Part shown: positions 8,875 to 17,962 of the stretch, piece after piece
Layout of the letters: the number at the start of each line of letters is the position of its first letter
How positions within the stretch are numbered: the first letter of the stretch is position 1
Virus record (IMG/VR): IMGVR_UViG_3300037424_001072
Location: 1-36,364 of that record
Source of the DNA: a virus
Taxonomy: Duplodnaviria > Caudoviricetes
Length of the DNA: 36,364 bases
Reading direction: 5' to 3' (one strand)
Translations under genes and position numbers: made by a program
The notes under the pieces: model-generated
Told to the model about the DNA's origin: nothing
Database searches by the model: none
Seen by the model: the letters and a program-made list of their open reading frames with translations, nothing else

Positions 8875-9054
8875 ATGGCCATTATTCAGAGATCAAAAAC
8901 GACCAGGACTAGCGGAGGTAAGGGTAAAACTACCAACCAAAACATCCGTGTTGGAAGCAAAAGTAGGGCGTCGAAAGCGGATCGCTCTTCGGCAAAGGGA
9001 TTGAAGAGGAATAAGACGTCCACGACGTATCGAATGAGTTCAGGCGGCGGATAA
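8875..9054 (+). CDS. 59-aa very basic peptide ending in SSGGG (absent from the ORF track)
   Basis: MAIIQRSKTTRTSGGKGKTTNQNIRVGSKSRASKADRSSAKGLKRNKTSTTYRMSSGGG*; GGAG RBS; TAGACT -10-like box at 8829-8834; stop abuts the TTG start at 9055. Confidence 0.75.
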   Translation: MAIIQRSKTTRTSGGKGKTTNQNIRVGSKSRASKADRSSAKGLKRNKTSTTYRMSSGGG

Positions 9055-9726
9055 TTGGATAAGTTAGCGGAAACCACCAAGCTAATTGCAGATGCCTGCG
9101 AGATTCACTCCAGAGTGTGCGTCGCCTACAGCGGCGGTAAAGATAGCTTGGTGGTTACTGCTCTCGCGTGCCGCTCGTTCGGGTTCGTTTCGGCGTTCCA
9201 AATGTGCTTGATTCCCGGACTGAGGTACAATGAGGAACGGCGAGCGTTCGCGAAAGAACGCTGGGGGATCGAAGTCCTTCCGATGCTGCACCATGACACG
9301 GTGCGACTGTTTCGTGGTGCTCATTACTGTTGGCCAGGAGTACTTCCGGTCGATGCATTCTCGTGGGGAGTATCAGAGTCGTACGCGATGGCAGCTCACG
9401 CAACCAGGTCGACTCTTGTTGTAACCGGCATGCGCCGAGGGGATTACTGCTTTCGAATTGGGAACAGCAACAACATACGTTCGGTTCCTACTCTAAGCCC
9501 GATCAGGGGTTGGAATACGTTCGATGTGCGCGGGTTTCTGAAGTCAGATGGAATATCTTTGCCTCCAGGGAGTGGCAAGCAAACTACCGGGCTTGACTTG
9601 TCAACGCCTTCGATCCTTTGGCTGCATCGAGAGTATCCGGACGACTATGAGCGAGTGCGCGCGGTGTTCCCGTTCATTGAGGCCGTGCTTCGACGTGAGG
9701 AATTCTATGGCAAAAAAACAGCCTGA
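9055..9726 (+). CDS. PAPS-reductase-like PP-loop (adenine nucleotide alpha hydrolase) protein
   Basis: VCVAYSGGKDS PP-loop, VVTGMRRGD, LSPIRGW; no C-terminal ECG(L/I)H reductase motif. Confidence 0.88.
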   Translation: MDKLAETTKLIADACEIHSRVCVAYSGGKDSLVVTALACRSFGFVSAFQMCLIPGLRYNEERRAFAKERWGIEVLPMLHHDTVRLFRGAHYCWPGVLPVDAFSWGVSESYAMAAHATRSTLVVTGMRRGDYCFRIGNSNNIRSVPTLSPIRGWNTFDVRGFLKSDGISLPPGSGKQTTGLDLSTPSILWLHREYPDDYERVRAVFPFIEAVLRREEFYGKKTA

Positions 9727-10417
9727 GGTGTTGAGCCATCCCTGGGAAAACTGGGTTCCGATGCGCATTCTGCGCAGTCAAATCCGTGGCGCGGAGTACA
9801 ACCCGCGCACAATTAGTGACTCGGGAAGGCGTAGGCTCAAGTCAGGGATGAAGAAACTCCACTTGCTGCAGCCGCTTGTCTGGAATGTCCGCAGCGGCGT
9901 GCTTGTCGGGGGCCACCAACGACTCGAGATACTCGACCGCAATGCCGGAGGAGCCAAGGATTATTACCTCACGGTTGCGCAGGTCGATTTGTCAGAGGCG
10001 GACGAGGTAGCCGCAAATCTATTGCTCAACAATCAAGAGGCTGGCGGAGAGGTGGACGTGGCCAAGCTTCGCGCTGTATTTGATAGACATCCTAATCTGG
10101 ATTTGGGTGCGGCGGGATACGAGCGCGTTGACGTGCTTCGGTTGTTCGGTATGGCGAAAGCCGAAGTAGCAACGGCAAGCGAGCTCGCTGAAATGGGCGA
10201 GTCACTCGACAAGATGCGAGACTTGGCCGACAGGATAGCCGAGACCAGTCGCAAGCGAGACGACGGTCTATTCTACGTCGTTCTCATCTTTCGCGATTCG
10301 GACGAATCGATCGCATTCGTCGAACACCTCAAATTGAGGGACGACCAATTTCAGTCGGCTGCCGACGTGCTAGGGGCAATCCGTGAGCACGGGTTGCCCG
10401 TCCAGGGGGAGAATTAG
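9707..10417 (+). CDS. ParB/Srx-like N-terminal domain protein
   Basis: AEYNPRTIS, LLQPLVWN, LVGGHQRLEIL; start reassigned to ATG 9707 with GAGG upstream. Confidence 0.88.
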   Translation: MAKKQPEVLSHPWENWVPMRILRSQIRGAEYNPRTISDSGRRRLKSGMKKLHLLQPLVWNVRSGVLVGGHQRLEILDRNAGGAKDYYLTVAQVDLSEADEVAANLLLNNQEAGGEVDVAKLRAVFDRHPNLDLGAAGYERVDVLRLFGMAKAEVATASELAEMGESLDKMRDLADRIAETSRKRDDGLFYVVLIFRDSDESIAFVEHLKLRDDQFQSAADVLGAIREHGLPVQGEN

Positions 10418-10702
10418 CGTGTCGGGCACCTTGAAAAATCTAGCGTTGCCGCGCCATGGGATCGGACGGATTCGTCGTACGTTGCGAAGGTCCCACTCGT
10501 ACAGCTCTCCCGTATCACGGCAGGCGATCACATCTGCAATTGCCACGACTGCTCCCCGTTGCAGTCCATTGCCGGTTCCGCCTTTACTGCAATGCAGTAG
10601 CAGAGGGCCACGGTGCAAGGTGGGCCACGATCGGACCTCGCAAATCTTTCTGCCCGCTACAATCTCCCCGATATGGGGCTGCCGGATAGACAGACACAAC
10701 AT
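10370..10702 (-). CDS. ASCH domain protein
   Basis: MLCLSIRQP..I..GRKICEVRSWPT.HRGPLLLH, GAVVAIADV..C, YEWDLRN...PIPWRG...FFKV: ASCH GxKxxExR signature. Confidence 0.88.
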   Translation of the reverse strand: MLCLSIRQPHIGEIVAGRKICEVRSWPTLHRGPLLLHCSKGGTGNGLQRGAVVAIADVIACRDTGELYEWDLRNVRRIRPIPWRGNARFFKVPDTLILPLDGQPVLTDCP

Positions 10703-10731
10703 ACTCGCAGTATGGCACATCGGAGGTCCTC

Positions 10732-11214
10732 GTGCCACGTAAATCTGCCACCAGGCTGGCCACTTCGGGTGCTAAGCCGGTTGGTTCGGAGATGGCTCGC
10801 AAACGCGAGGTCCGGGTACGCGAGGCGATGGCTATGATGGCTTCCGGGGCCTACGTGTTAGGTCAGACGAGTTTCGTTCTGGCTGAGAAGTGGGGGCTGA
10901 CTCATGATTCGGTGCGTCACATTACCGGGGAGGCATCGCGTAGATTGGTAGCCGGGGTCGCGCTCGAACCAGAGATGAAGTCGCTGTTGTTCGTAACGAT
11001 CCAGCAGATTGGCTCGGATTGCGAAGCTCTAACCAAGGCTCTATCCTCGAGCTCTAGGCCAAATGTTGGGGAGTACCTAGCAACGCTACGGCTCAAATTC
11101 GACATTTGCCGATATTTACACGGCGCGAACGTCGACGTGCCGAGGGGCACGGACTTGTCTACTAAATCCGAACGCGAGCTACTCGAAATCATTGCAAGGA
11201 GCACTCAGGAGTGA
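10732..11214 (+). CDS. Terminase small subunit (putative)
   Basis: GGAGG RBS; HTH-like LAEKWGLTHDSVRHI; C-terminal DLSTKSERELLEII; upstream of TerL. Confidence 0.6.
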   Translation: MPRKSATRLATSGAKPVGSEMARKREVRVREAMAMMASGAYVLGQTSFVLAEKWGLTHDSVRHITGEASRRLVAGVALEPEMKSLLFVTIQQIGSDCEALTKALSSSSRPNVGEYLATLRLKFDICRYLHGANVDVPRGTDLSTKSERELLEIIARSTQE

Positions 11215-11302
11215 ATCTGGGATGTCGACATCGAGTACCGTCTTGGGCCACCGAGTTGCTCGGAGCCATTTGGCTGTATCTGTACTGCAAGGAAGAATTC
11301 AA

Positions 11303-11518
11303 ATGCGAAAATTGAAATTAGTCCGCCTGATCCCAGGTCGCTTTGACAAGCAAATGCTCAGTTCGTCGAATACCACTCGACTTGAGATTGACGAGAACAA
11401 CGTCGTTCACGCTGTGATGCGTGACACTGGTGATCATTGGGGACTGTTCGGTGTCGTCGATGCGGTTCAATTCGATGAGTCGGAGCAGCCGAGGCCTCTG
11501 GTGAACGCAAAGCGGTGA
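11303..11518 (+). CDS. Hypothetical protein
   Basis: AAGGAAG RBS before ATG 11303; GTGA-coupled to TerL. Confidence 0.6.
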   Translation: MRKLKLVRLIPGRFDKQMLSSSNTTRLEIDENNVVHAVMRDTGDHWGLFGVVDAVQFDESEQPRPLVNAKR

Positions 11519-12948
11519 CCTTTCGCCTCGACGCTCTTAGGGAGCAAGCGTCTCGCGAACTTCAGGTGCAACGCATTCTCGAGCAGTTGCATCCGAAGCA
11601 GCGCGCATTCTGCCTTGAGCGCTCGAAACGGTCCGCGGCGCGGTCAGGGAGACGCGGTGGTAAAAGCCACGGCATTGGCGGCAAGCTCATGGTTACCGCG
11701 GTTCGGAACCCGGGGTTAGAATCGCTGTTCATCGCAATCTCGGCAGCCCGAGCCAATGACATCGTAGGGCGTGCCTTTCAGGTACTCGGGCGGTCAACTG
11801 GACTCGCCGCTCGTTCGACCAAGCGCGATGGGCAACTCTGCTACCGATTCCCAAATGGGCATACGGTTTGGGTTGCGGGCTGTAAGAACCGAGCGGATGC
11901 AGAGAAATTCCGAGGCTCTCCACTATGCGGAGCCGCTGTCGATGAGTGCGATTCGATGCGAGGACATCTCGAATATCTGACCGAGGATGTTCTTGAACCC
12001 TGTCTACTCGACTATAGTGGTTGGCTTGCTCTCACTGGTACGCCCGGCGTTACTCCGACCGGATACTTTCACGCGATCACTACTGGCGAAGGAATGCAGC
12101 AGTGGCCAACGCACCATTGGACCGTGTTGGACAATCCGTACATTCCGCATGCTGCTGAGTGGCTGCGAGAGAAGTGCGAAAAGCTTGGACTCGACCCGAC
12201 GTCACCGTCGTATCTGCGTGAGTGGATGGGTCAATGGGTTCTCGATACCGAGTCGCTTTGCTACCCATACGACGGACAGATCAATCGCGAATTTGGATCG
12301 TTCGCCGAAGGATCAGAGACTGATTGGCGATACATCCTTGGGGTAGATCTCGGTGTCAATGACGCGAGTGCTTTCGTTGTGATTGCGTATCGACCTGCGA
12401 TGCCAACGATCCACATCATCGAGTCGGTGGCTTTCGAAGGATTGTCCCCGAGTGGAGCCGCGGCGAAAGTTCTTGCATATCGCGATCGGTTCCGAGGGCT
12501 CCGAGTCGTTGCGGATACCGGAGGGATCGGGAAGGGGTTCGTCGAGGAATGGATCCAACGATTCTCTTTGCCTGTTGAGCGCGCGATGAAACTCGATGTA
12601 CGAGGACAGATCGCACTAGTGTCTGGACTCATGAGGAGTGGAGACGTCAAGGTCCACACTCCAGCGTCGTCGGGGCTGATCGCCGAATGGCAAGCGTTGC
12701 CATGGAATGAGGACCGAGACGGACACGACGAGGGTTACCCGGATCACCAGAGCGACGCAGCCCGCTATGCGATCCTAGCGGCGCAGCCGCGATACAAGGG
12801 CGAGAAGGATCTGCCCGAGCCCGGTACTCCGGAGCATGTGCGAATGATGATGGATAAGCAGCGGGAAGCGGCTTTCAAGCGGGGGGCAAAGCGGAAAATC
12901 AGAAACCTTTTGACAGAATCCGAACCATGGGTCAAAATAGCAGCGTGA
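11515..12948 (+). CDS. terL: Terminase large subunit
   Basis: LHPKQ, SGRRGGKS (Walker A), AAVDECD (Walker B), LTGTP, REWMGQW, ILGVDLG and DHQSDAARYA nuclease motifs. Confidence 0.93.
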   Translation: MTFRLDALREQASRELQVQRILEQLHPKQRAFCLERSKRSAARSGRRGGKSHGIGGKLMVTAVRNPGLESLFIAISAARANDIVGRAFQVLGRSTGLAARSTKRDGQLCYRFPNGHTVWVAGCKNRADAEKFRGSPLCGAAVDECDSMRGHLEYLTEDVLEPCLLDYSGWLALTGTPGVTPTGYFHAITTGEGMQQWPTHHWTVLDNPYIPHAAEWLREKCEKLGLDPTSPSYLREWMGQWVLDTESLCYPYDGQINREFGSFAEGSETDWRYILGVDLGVNDASAFVVIAYRPAMPTIHIIESVAFEGLSPSGAAAKVLAYRDRFRGLRVVADTGGIGKGFVEEWIQRFSLPVERAMKLDVRGQIALVSGLMRSGDVKVHTPASSGLIAEWQALPWNEDRDGHDEGYPDHQSDAARYAILAAQPRYKGEKDLPEPGTPEHVRMMMDKQREAAFKRGAKRKIRNLLTESEPWVKIAA

Positions 12949-14840
12949 CGGATGCCTGGCACAAGTCGAAAGGCGCAACGCTTGCGACACATGTCGTTTC
13001 GCTGGGTCGTAGCCTCTACCAGCAAGACGCGCCTCGCCGCGGGCGCATGCGTGCCGACCTGTCGCGTTACGAAGGTTACCGTCTCGCGTCGCTCGATCCG
13101 AGAGGGTATCGCGACCGAGGCGCGTTGATGATCGATTCAGCGGACGGTCAAGAGCGTGTTCGCTGGAACCTCTGTCGTTCACTAACTGACGCGGCCACCG
13201 CGAAGGTAGCAGGCACGCAGCAACCGAAGATACAGTTCCTTTGCTCGAACGCTGATTGGCGCACCCGACGCAAGGCGCCAAAGCTCGATGCGTTCATCGA
13301 AGGCGGATGGGGAACTCGGCAAGAACCTTACGCTGACATTCACGAGATGGGATCGATGATGTTTCGCGATGCGTGCGTCTGCGGTGAGGGCTACATCAAA
13401 GCCGAGGCAGATGTTGATGCCGGCAAAATTGAACACTCGAAACCATACCCGTGGGAGATTCTCCATGATGCCGACGATGCTCAACGTGGCAGGCCGAATC
13501 ACCGCTGGCAGGTATACAGTGAAACTCGTGATGTGTTGAAGGCGCGCAATCCTGGACGCGAAGATTACATCGATGGCGCGCGAATTCGATCTCCATCTGA
13601 GGAGTCATTCGACTCAGCGGTGACCGCCGGAGTCGTTGAACGCGTTTGGGTCTACGAGTGGTGGACGCTTCCCGAGGGGCCAGACGCTCCAGGAAAGCAC
13701 GTCAAGGCTCTCGACTCTACAGGTGAGCCTCTTGTCGAGGAACCTTGGACGCGTTCATCGTTCCCACATGTTGGGATGTTCTGGAGCCGCACCGTGATTG
13801 GGCACGGAGGAACTTCGCTCGTTCATGAGGTGTCCGAGATCTCAGATGAGATGAATGCTGTCATCGGTCGAATGTCGAGGTCGATCCACTTGACCTCGAT
13901 GTCTCACATTCTGGCTCCAAGCGGAGCGGGGCTCGGAGATAAGCTCAGGGACAACGAGGACTGTAAGGTTACTGAGTACGATGGTCAGATGGTTCCGACG
14001 GTTCAGAACCCAGCCCCCTTCGGGCAAGAGCATATCAATTGGATCCAGTTGCAGAAGGGTGCAGCGTACGAACTAAGCGGGATCAGCCAGCAGACTGCGA
14101 CCGCGCAGAAGCAACCGGGGATCGAAAGCGGAGCTGCAATTCGCATGGTGGCCGATATTCAGTCCGAACGATTCTCTGTCGCTTGGAAAGCGTACCAGTC
14201 TGTATTCGTGGAGCTTGCTCGGCACGACATCGCTTGCATTCGTGAGCTCGCTGAGGTTGACAAGGACTTTGCTATCAAGTGGCCCGGAGAAGGATTTCTC
14301 AAGACAATCAAATGGGCAGACGCAGATCTCGATGATGAGATGTATTCGATCCGGGTTTCCGAGGCTCCTGCAGTAAAGGGAACCGGCGCAGATCGGATGC
14401 AAACGGCACAAGAGCTCTTTGGCGCCGGGATGATTTCTCAGGACGCGTTTCTTGCTGTTCGACAGTATCTCGACCTTCCGGGTGAAATGGACTCTGGCTC
14501 GAGACAGCGCAATCTCGTGTCGCAGTACATCGAGAATTGGCTGGATGCGACACCCGAGCAGTACGAGTCGGGAGAACTTGCGGATGGCAAACCTCTATTC
14601 CGTCCGCCGATCCGCTGGATGCGGCTCGAAGACGCTCTCTTGCAGGTGGCTGACGCTTACATGCAAGCCGAGCTTGATGACGCGCCCGACGAGGCTAAGG
14701 ATTTGATGCTTCGTTGGATCGAATTGGCCGACGGTGAGATCCAAAAGAAGATGCAACGGATGGCAGCAATGGCGCCGCCGCCCGCTAACCCCATGCCACC
14801 CCCCGGCGCTATGCCGCCCACCGGAGGACCCGCAGTATGA
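12945..14840 (+). CDS. Portal protein
   Basis: About 630 aa directly after TerL (GTGA overlap); helical; AYELSGIS...SGAAIR motif; Pro-rich tail. Confidence 0.85.
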   Translation: MTDAWHKSKGATLATHVVSLGRSLYQQDAPRRGRMRADLSRYEGYRLASLDPRGYRDRGALMIDSADGQERVRWNLCRSLTDAATAKVAGTQQPKIQFLCSNADWRTRRKAPKLDAFIEGGWGTRQEPYADIHEMGSMMFRDACVCGEGYIKAEADVDAGKIEHSKPYPWEILHDADDAQRGRPNHRWQVYSETRDVLKARNPGREDYIDGARIRSPSEESFDSAVTAGVVERVWVYEWWTLPEGPDAPGKHVKALDSTGEPLVEEPWTRSSFPHVGMFWSRTVIGHGGTSLVHEVSEISDEMNAVIGRMSRSIHLTSMSHILAPSGAGLGDKLRDNEDCKVTEYDGQMVPTVQNPAPFGQEHINWIQLQKGAAYELSGISQQTATAQKQPGIESGAAIRMVADIQSERFSVAWKAYQSVFVELARHDIACIRELAEVDKDFAIKWPGEGFLKTIKWADADLDDEMYSIRVSEAPAVKGTGADRMQTAQELFGAGMISQDAFLAVRQYLDLPGEMDSGSRQRNLVSQYIENWLDATPEQYESGELADGKPLFRPPIRWMRLEDALLQVADAYMQAELDDAPDEAKDLMLRWIELADGEIQKKMQRMAAMAPPPANPMPPPGAMPPTGGPAV

Positions 14841-15964
14841 CCGAAACCGCCGTAGAAAGCCCTGGATTCACTCCGCCCGAAAACGTCCGAGAGCGCAACG
14901 CGAAATGGTCCGGCGCGTCCAATGAGACTCCTATTGCAGCTGTCGATACTCCAGTTTCTACTGTTCCTGCTGCTGATCCAAAGCCTGTTGTGGCTGATCC
15001 AGATCCTAAGCCTGTGCCTGCAGTTGCTGAGGCTAAGCCAGTCGTCGAAACCAAGCAAACGATCGATGTCGACAAGCTCAAGAAACTAGCGACCGACGGA
15101 CAATTTGAGGATGTTCTGCGCGCCCTGGGTCTCGATCCGGCAGGAATCAAGGTTCCCTCGAGTCGCTTCGCAGAGTTCCGGCAATGGGAAAAACAGGAGA
15201 AGGCGAAAATCCATCAGGCCTCTCAGCGAGTATTGAGTGAACAGGCCGAGGTTCGTTCGCTTGCTCAGCAAACGGTCAAGCAGTTCGAGCCGTTCGTCTC
15301 TGCGAAAGCAGCATGGGACAAGGGCGACGTTGAAACCGCCATCAAGCAGGCCTTCGGTGCCGATATCGAAAATTTCAGCGAGCTGGCCGTCAAACAGAAA
15401 CTTGGTCAAGATCCCGAAGTCACCCAGCTGAAACGCTGGAAGGAACAGCAAGAGGCGCGTGAAGCTGAACGTATCGAGAGTGAGAAGAAATCTCAGGCTG
15501 AGCAGTTCACCCAGCGACAGCGCAATGAGTATTGTGCCGCTCTGAAAGTTGAACTCAAGCAGGCGGAACCGGTCGTTGCGGCCGCCGTCGAGACTTTCGA
15601 CGATTTCCCGACTCGAGTGATGCAGCTTCAACTCGAGCATTATGAAAAAACTGGCGAGGAAATGCCAGCCGAAGAAGCTGGCGCAAAGCTTTTGGAGACC
15701 GTTCGCTCGAATGTCGAGCGCTGGAACAAGGTCTTTGGTGTCGTGGCACCCAAACCACTGAGTAGCGACGCGGCCGCGACACAGCCGCTGGATACCGCCC
15801 GGGCAGGGACATCGCCCGCGTTTACTGCGAAAAAAAGCAGTAAAAAGCAGGCGCAACCCGCTCCGGCGTTACCGGATTCTGAGCTGTCAGAAGATGAGAA
15901 GAGAGCCGTTTGGAAGAAACGGATCAAGCAGGCAGCTATTGAAGACGGTTTCGTTCAGGGGTGA
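14837..15964 (+). CDS. Capsid scaffolding protein (putative)
   Basis: Between portal and capsid; charged coiled coil with disordered Pro/Ala-rich termini; GGAGG RBS. Confidence 0.7.
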   Translation: MTETAVESPGFTPPENVRERNAKWSGASNETPIAAVDTPVSTVPAADPKPVVADPDPKPVPAVAEAKPVVETKQTIDVDKLKKLATDGQFEDVLRALGLDPAGIKVPSSRFAEFRQWEKQEKAKIHQASQRVLSEQAEVRSLAQQTVKQFEPFVSAKAAWDKGDVETAIKQAFGADIENFSELAVKQKLGQDPEVTQLKRWKEQQEAREAERIESEKKSQAEQFTQRQRNEYCAALKVELKQAEPVVAAAVETFDDFPTRVMQLQLEHYEKTGEEMPAEEAGAKLLETVRSNVERWNKVFGVVAPKPLSSDAAATQPLDTARAGTSPAFTAKKSSKKQAQPAPALPDSELSEDEKRAVWKKRIKQAAIEDGFVQG

Positions 15965-15987
15965 GGTAAGCGCCATGGAGAAAGTCC

Positions 15988-17262
15988 ATGTCCGCTACAC
16001 TCGCAACTGTTGATGCAATGATGAAGGACAACTACGGGCCAGGCTCGAAGCGCGTCCAAAAACTCATGTACAAGGATTTCCCGTTTCTTGGCTACATCAA
16101 GAAGAACGTGGGAGTTGAAAACGGATCCGGTCGTAAGCTGATCGCCCCTTGCCTCTATGGCTCAGCGCAAGGACTGTCGTCTGGATTCACCACTGGTCGT
16201 ACCGCAGCAAGTACCACGGGCGGCAACACCAAGTCGCAAGATTGGAACGTAGAATGGGGCGAGTACTTCGCATTCTGTGACATCAGTGATAAGCTGATGA
16301 AGTTGAGTGCGGGAAGCGGCTCCTACATCGACACGATTCAGACCGAGATCGACTCGCTGTATACGTCCTGGTCTATGACGTTTTCGAAATACTTGCTCGG
16401 AAGCACCGCGCGTAACCTCGGCTCGTTCACGATTTCAACGGGCGTCTGTACGATGGTAGTGCCCGAAGATATCGTGAATATCAAGGTCGGGATGCTGGTT
16501 CAGGCGTCTGCTAACGACGGCTCCAGTTCGGGCCACACGTTGCTCGGCTCCGGTTCGATCGGGTATGTCATTGCGGTCAATCAGAACGCAAATACGTTCA
16601 CGGTTTCCGCGACTGATGGGGGAGCGGCTGGTGATCCCTCGAGTTGGACCGGTACCATGCACGCCTTTCGTTACGGAGACTTCGGCGGGTCCGGGGCAAA
16701 CACAGTTTGCCAAGGATTCGGCGATTGGTGTCCCGCGGCGGATCCGAGCGCGACGGCGTTCAATGGCGTCGTCCGCACGCAAGACGTGATTGCTCTGTCG
16801 GGAGTCCGTCTTACGGCTGCTGAGATCTCCGGGCTCTCTCTCGAGAGCAGGATCAAGCGTTTGGTTACCCGTATGACGAGTCGAGGATTCGGAGCACCGC
16901 GAGCAGTGTTCGTCAACCCCGAGAAGTGGCAGGACCTTGCCGATTCGTACGAACAGCGAGCGATTGCTGCAGATCGGATCGGAACGACTGGCACCTTCGG
17001 ATACAAGACGATTAAGGTCATTGGAGGCGGCGCTGAGGTCGATGTTATGACCGATCGTTGTGTCGGAGCGACGGATATCCTCGCAATGGGCGAGCCTGAT
17101 TCGTTCACGCTGAACACTCCGGAAGAGTTCCCTGCCGTGGTGAATGGCGACGGACTCGACATGCTGCGCAAGGTCGGCTCGAACGACTACGAGCATCGGC
17201 TCGGCGCATACCCGGCCACGTTGGCCATCCCGGGATTTCTCGGGCGAACCACGGCGCCATAA
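15988..17262 (+). CDS. Major capsid protein
   Basis: 424 aa after the scaffold; strong GGAG RBS; HK97-like layout (MMKDNY..., PFLGYIKK, AVFVNPEKWQDL, VDVMTDRC). Confidence 0.85.
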   Translation: MSATLATVDAMMKDNYGPGSKRVQKLMYKDFPFLGYIKKNVGVENGSGRKLIAPCLYGSAQGLSSGFTTGRTAASTTGGNTKSQDWNVEWGEYFAFCDISDKLMKLSAGSGSYIDTIQTEIDSLYTSWSMTFSKYLLGSTARNLGSFTISTGVCTMVVPEDIVNIKVGMLVQASANDGSSSGHTLLGSGSIGYVIAVNQNANTFTVSATDGGAAGDPSSWTGTMHAFRYGDFGGSGANTVCQGFGDWCPAADPSATAFNGVVRTQDVIALSGVRLTAAEISGLSLESRIKRLVTRMTSRGFGAPRAVFVNPEKWQDLADSYEQRAIAADRIGTTGTFGYKTIKVIGGGAEVDVMTDRCVGATDILAMGEPDSFTLNTPEEFPAVVNGDGLDMLRKVGSNDYEHRLGAYPATLAIPGFLGRTTAP

Positions 17263-17270
17263 CCCGCACA

Positions 17271-17310
17271 GGCTTGAGCGGCGTGCCTGCTCTGGTGCGC
17301 CGCTCCAGCC
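17271..17310 (+). other. GC-rich hairpin after the capsid gene (stabiliser, processing site or weak terminator)
   Basis: GAGCGGCG (17276-17283) pairs with CGCCGCTC (17298-17305), closed by GGCT/AGCC; no U-tract. Confidence 0.55.
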
Positions 17311-17322
17311 GAGGAAAAAATC

Positions 17323-17730
17323 ATGAGTACTCACGCAGCAAACGCGCCCGACGCGAACAAGGCCAAGACGGCCAGCTGTCGAGCGATAGTTGTCTTTCGG
17401 GAGCGGGTAGCTATTGGCTCTACCGGCGCCCCGACTCAGGCCACGGTTACCACGTCCAAACCGCCTTCGAACGGTTACGACGATCCGGGCTTTACAATCA
17501 CCAGGACATCCACTGGGCTCTATGCAATCACGTTCCCCAAGGGGCGGCGCGCTTGGATCGATGTTCGGGCGATTTCACCTGCGCAGACTGTGACTACCTG
17601 GAATCTGGTGGCAATCGACCCGGAAGCTGGAACCGCGTCATTCACTATGCTGGCCGGCACAAATGCAGCGGCCGCAACCGATCCAGCGAGTGGAGACGCT
17701 CTGTTGATTCGGATTGAAGTCGAGGTGTAA
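17323..17730 (+). CDS. Putative head decoration/minor virion protein
   Basis: Thr/Ala-rich beta protein right after the capsid gene; ITRTSTGLYAITFP; GAGG RBS. Confidence 0.55.
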   Translation: MSTHAANAPDANKAKTASCRAIVVFRERVAIGSTGAPTQATVTTSKPPSNGYDDPGFTITRTSTGLYAITFPKGRRAWIDVRAISPAQTVTTWNLVAIDPEAGTASFTMLAGTNAAAATDPASGDALLIRIEVEV

Positions 17731-17731
17731 C

Positions 17732-17947
17732 ATGGGCAAGGGACTTTCGATCGGAATCCTCTTAGGAAAGGGTAAGCACGCCAGTGAATCGGCGGACAAG
17801 TCTCTGGAAAATTCCGAGGAAATGTCATCGAGTGAAACGGGCGACGAATTGCCGCCAGGATTGCTCGAGGCCGTGTCAGAATTCAGAGCGGCCGAAACTG
17901 ACGAGGATGCCGCCAGGGCGTTCAAATCCGCCATGGATTGCTGCTAG
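17732..17947 (+). CDS. Small acidic hypothetical protein
   Basis: GAGGT upstream; fills the gap between virion genes. Confidence 0.55.
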   Translation: MGKGLSIGILLGKGKHASESADKSLENSEEMSSSETGDELPPGLLEAVSEFRAAETDEDAARAFKSAMDCC

Positions 17948-17962
17948 AAAGGAAGCCGAGCA

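Noticed and set aside
9055-9726. True PAPS reductase (cysH) as an auxiliary metabolic gene, or DndC of a phosphorothioation system
   Set aside because: No C-terminal ECG(L/I)H motif, no other sulfur-assimilation or dnd genes, and much shorter than DndC
9707-10417. Plasmid-prophage partition system
   Set aside because: No ParA ATPase seen; only the N-terminal ParB/Srx domain, in a modification-type context next to the terminase
14941-15045. T-ending-codon-rich PVADPKP repeat stretch in the scaffold gene
   Set aside because: Explained by a short low-complexity duplication in a disordered linker
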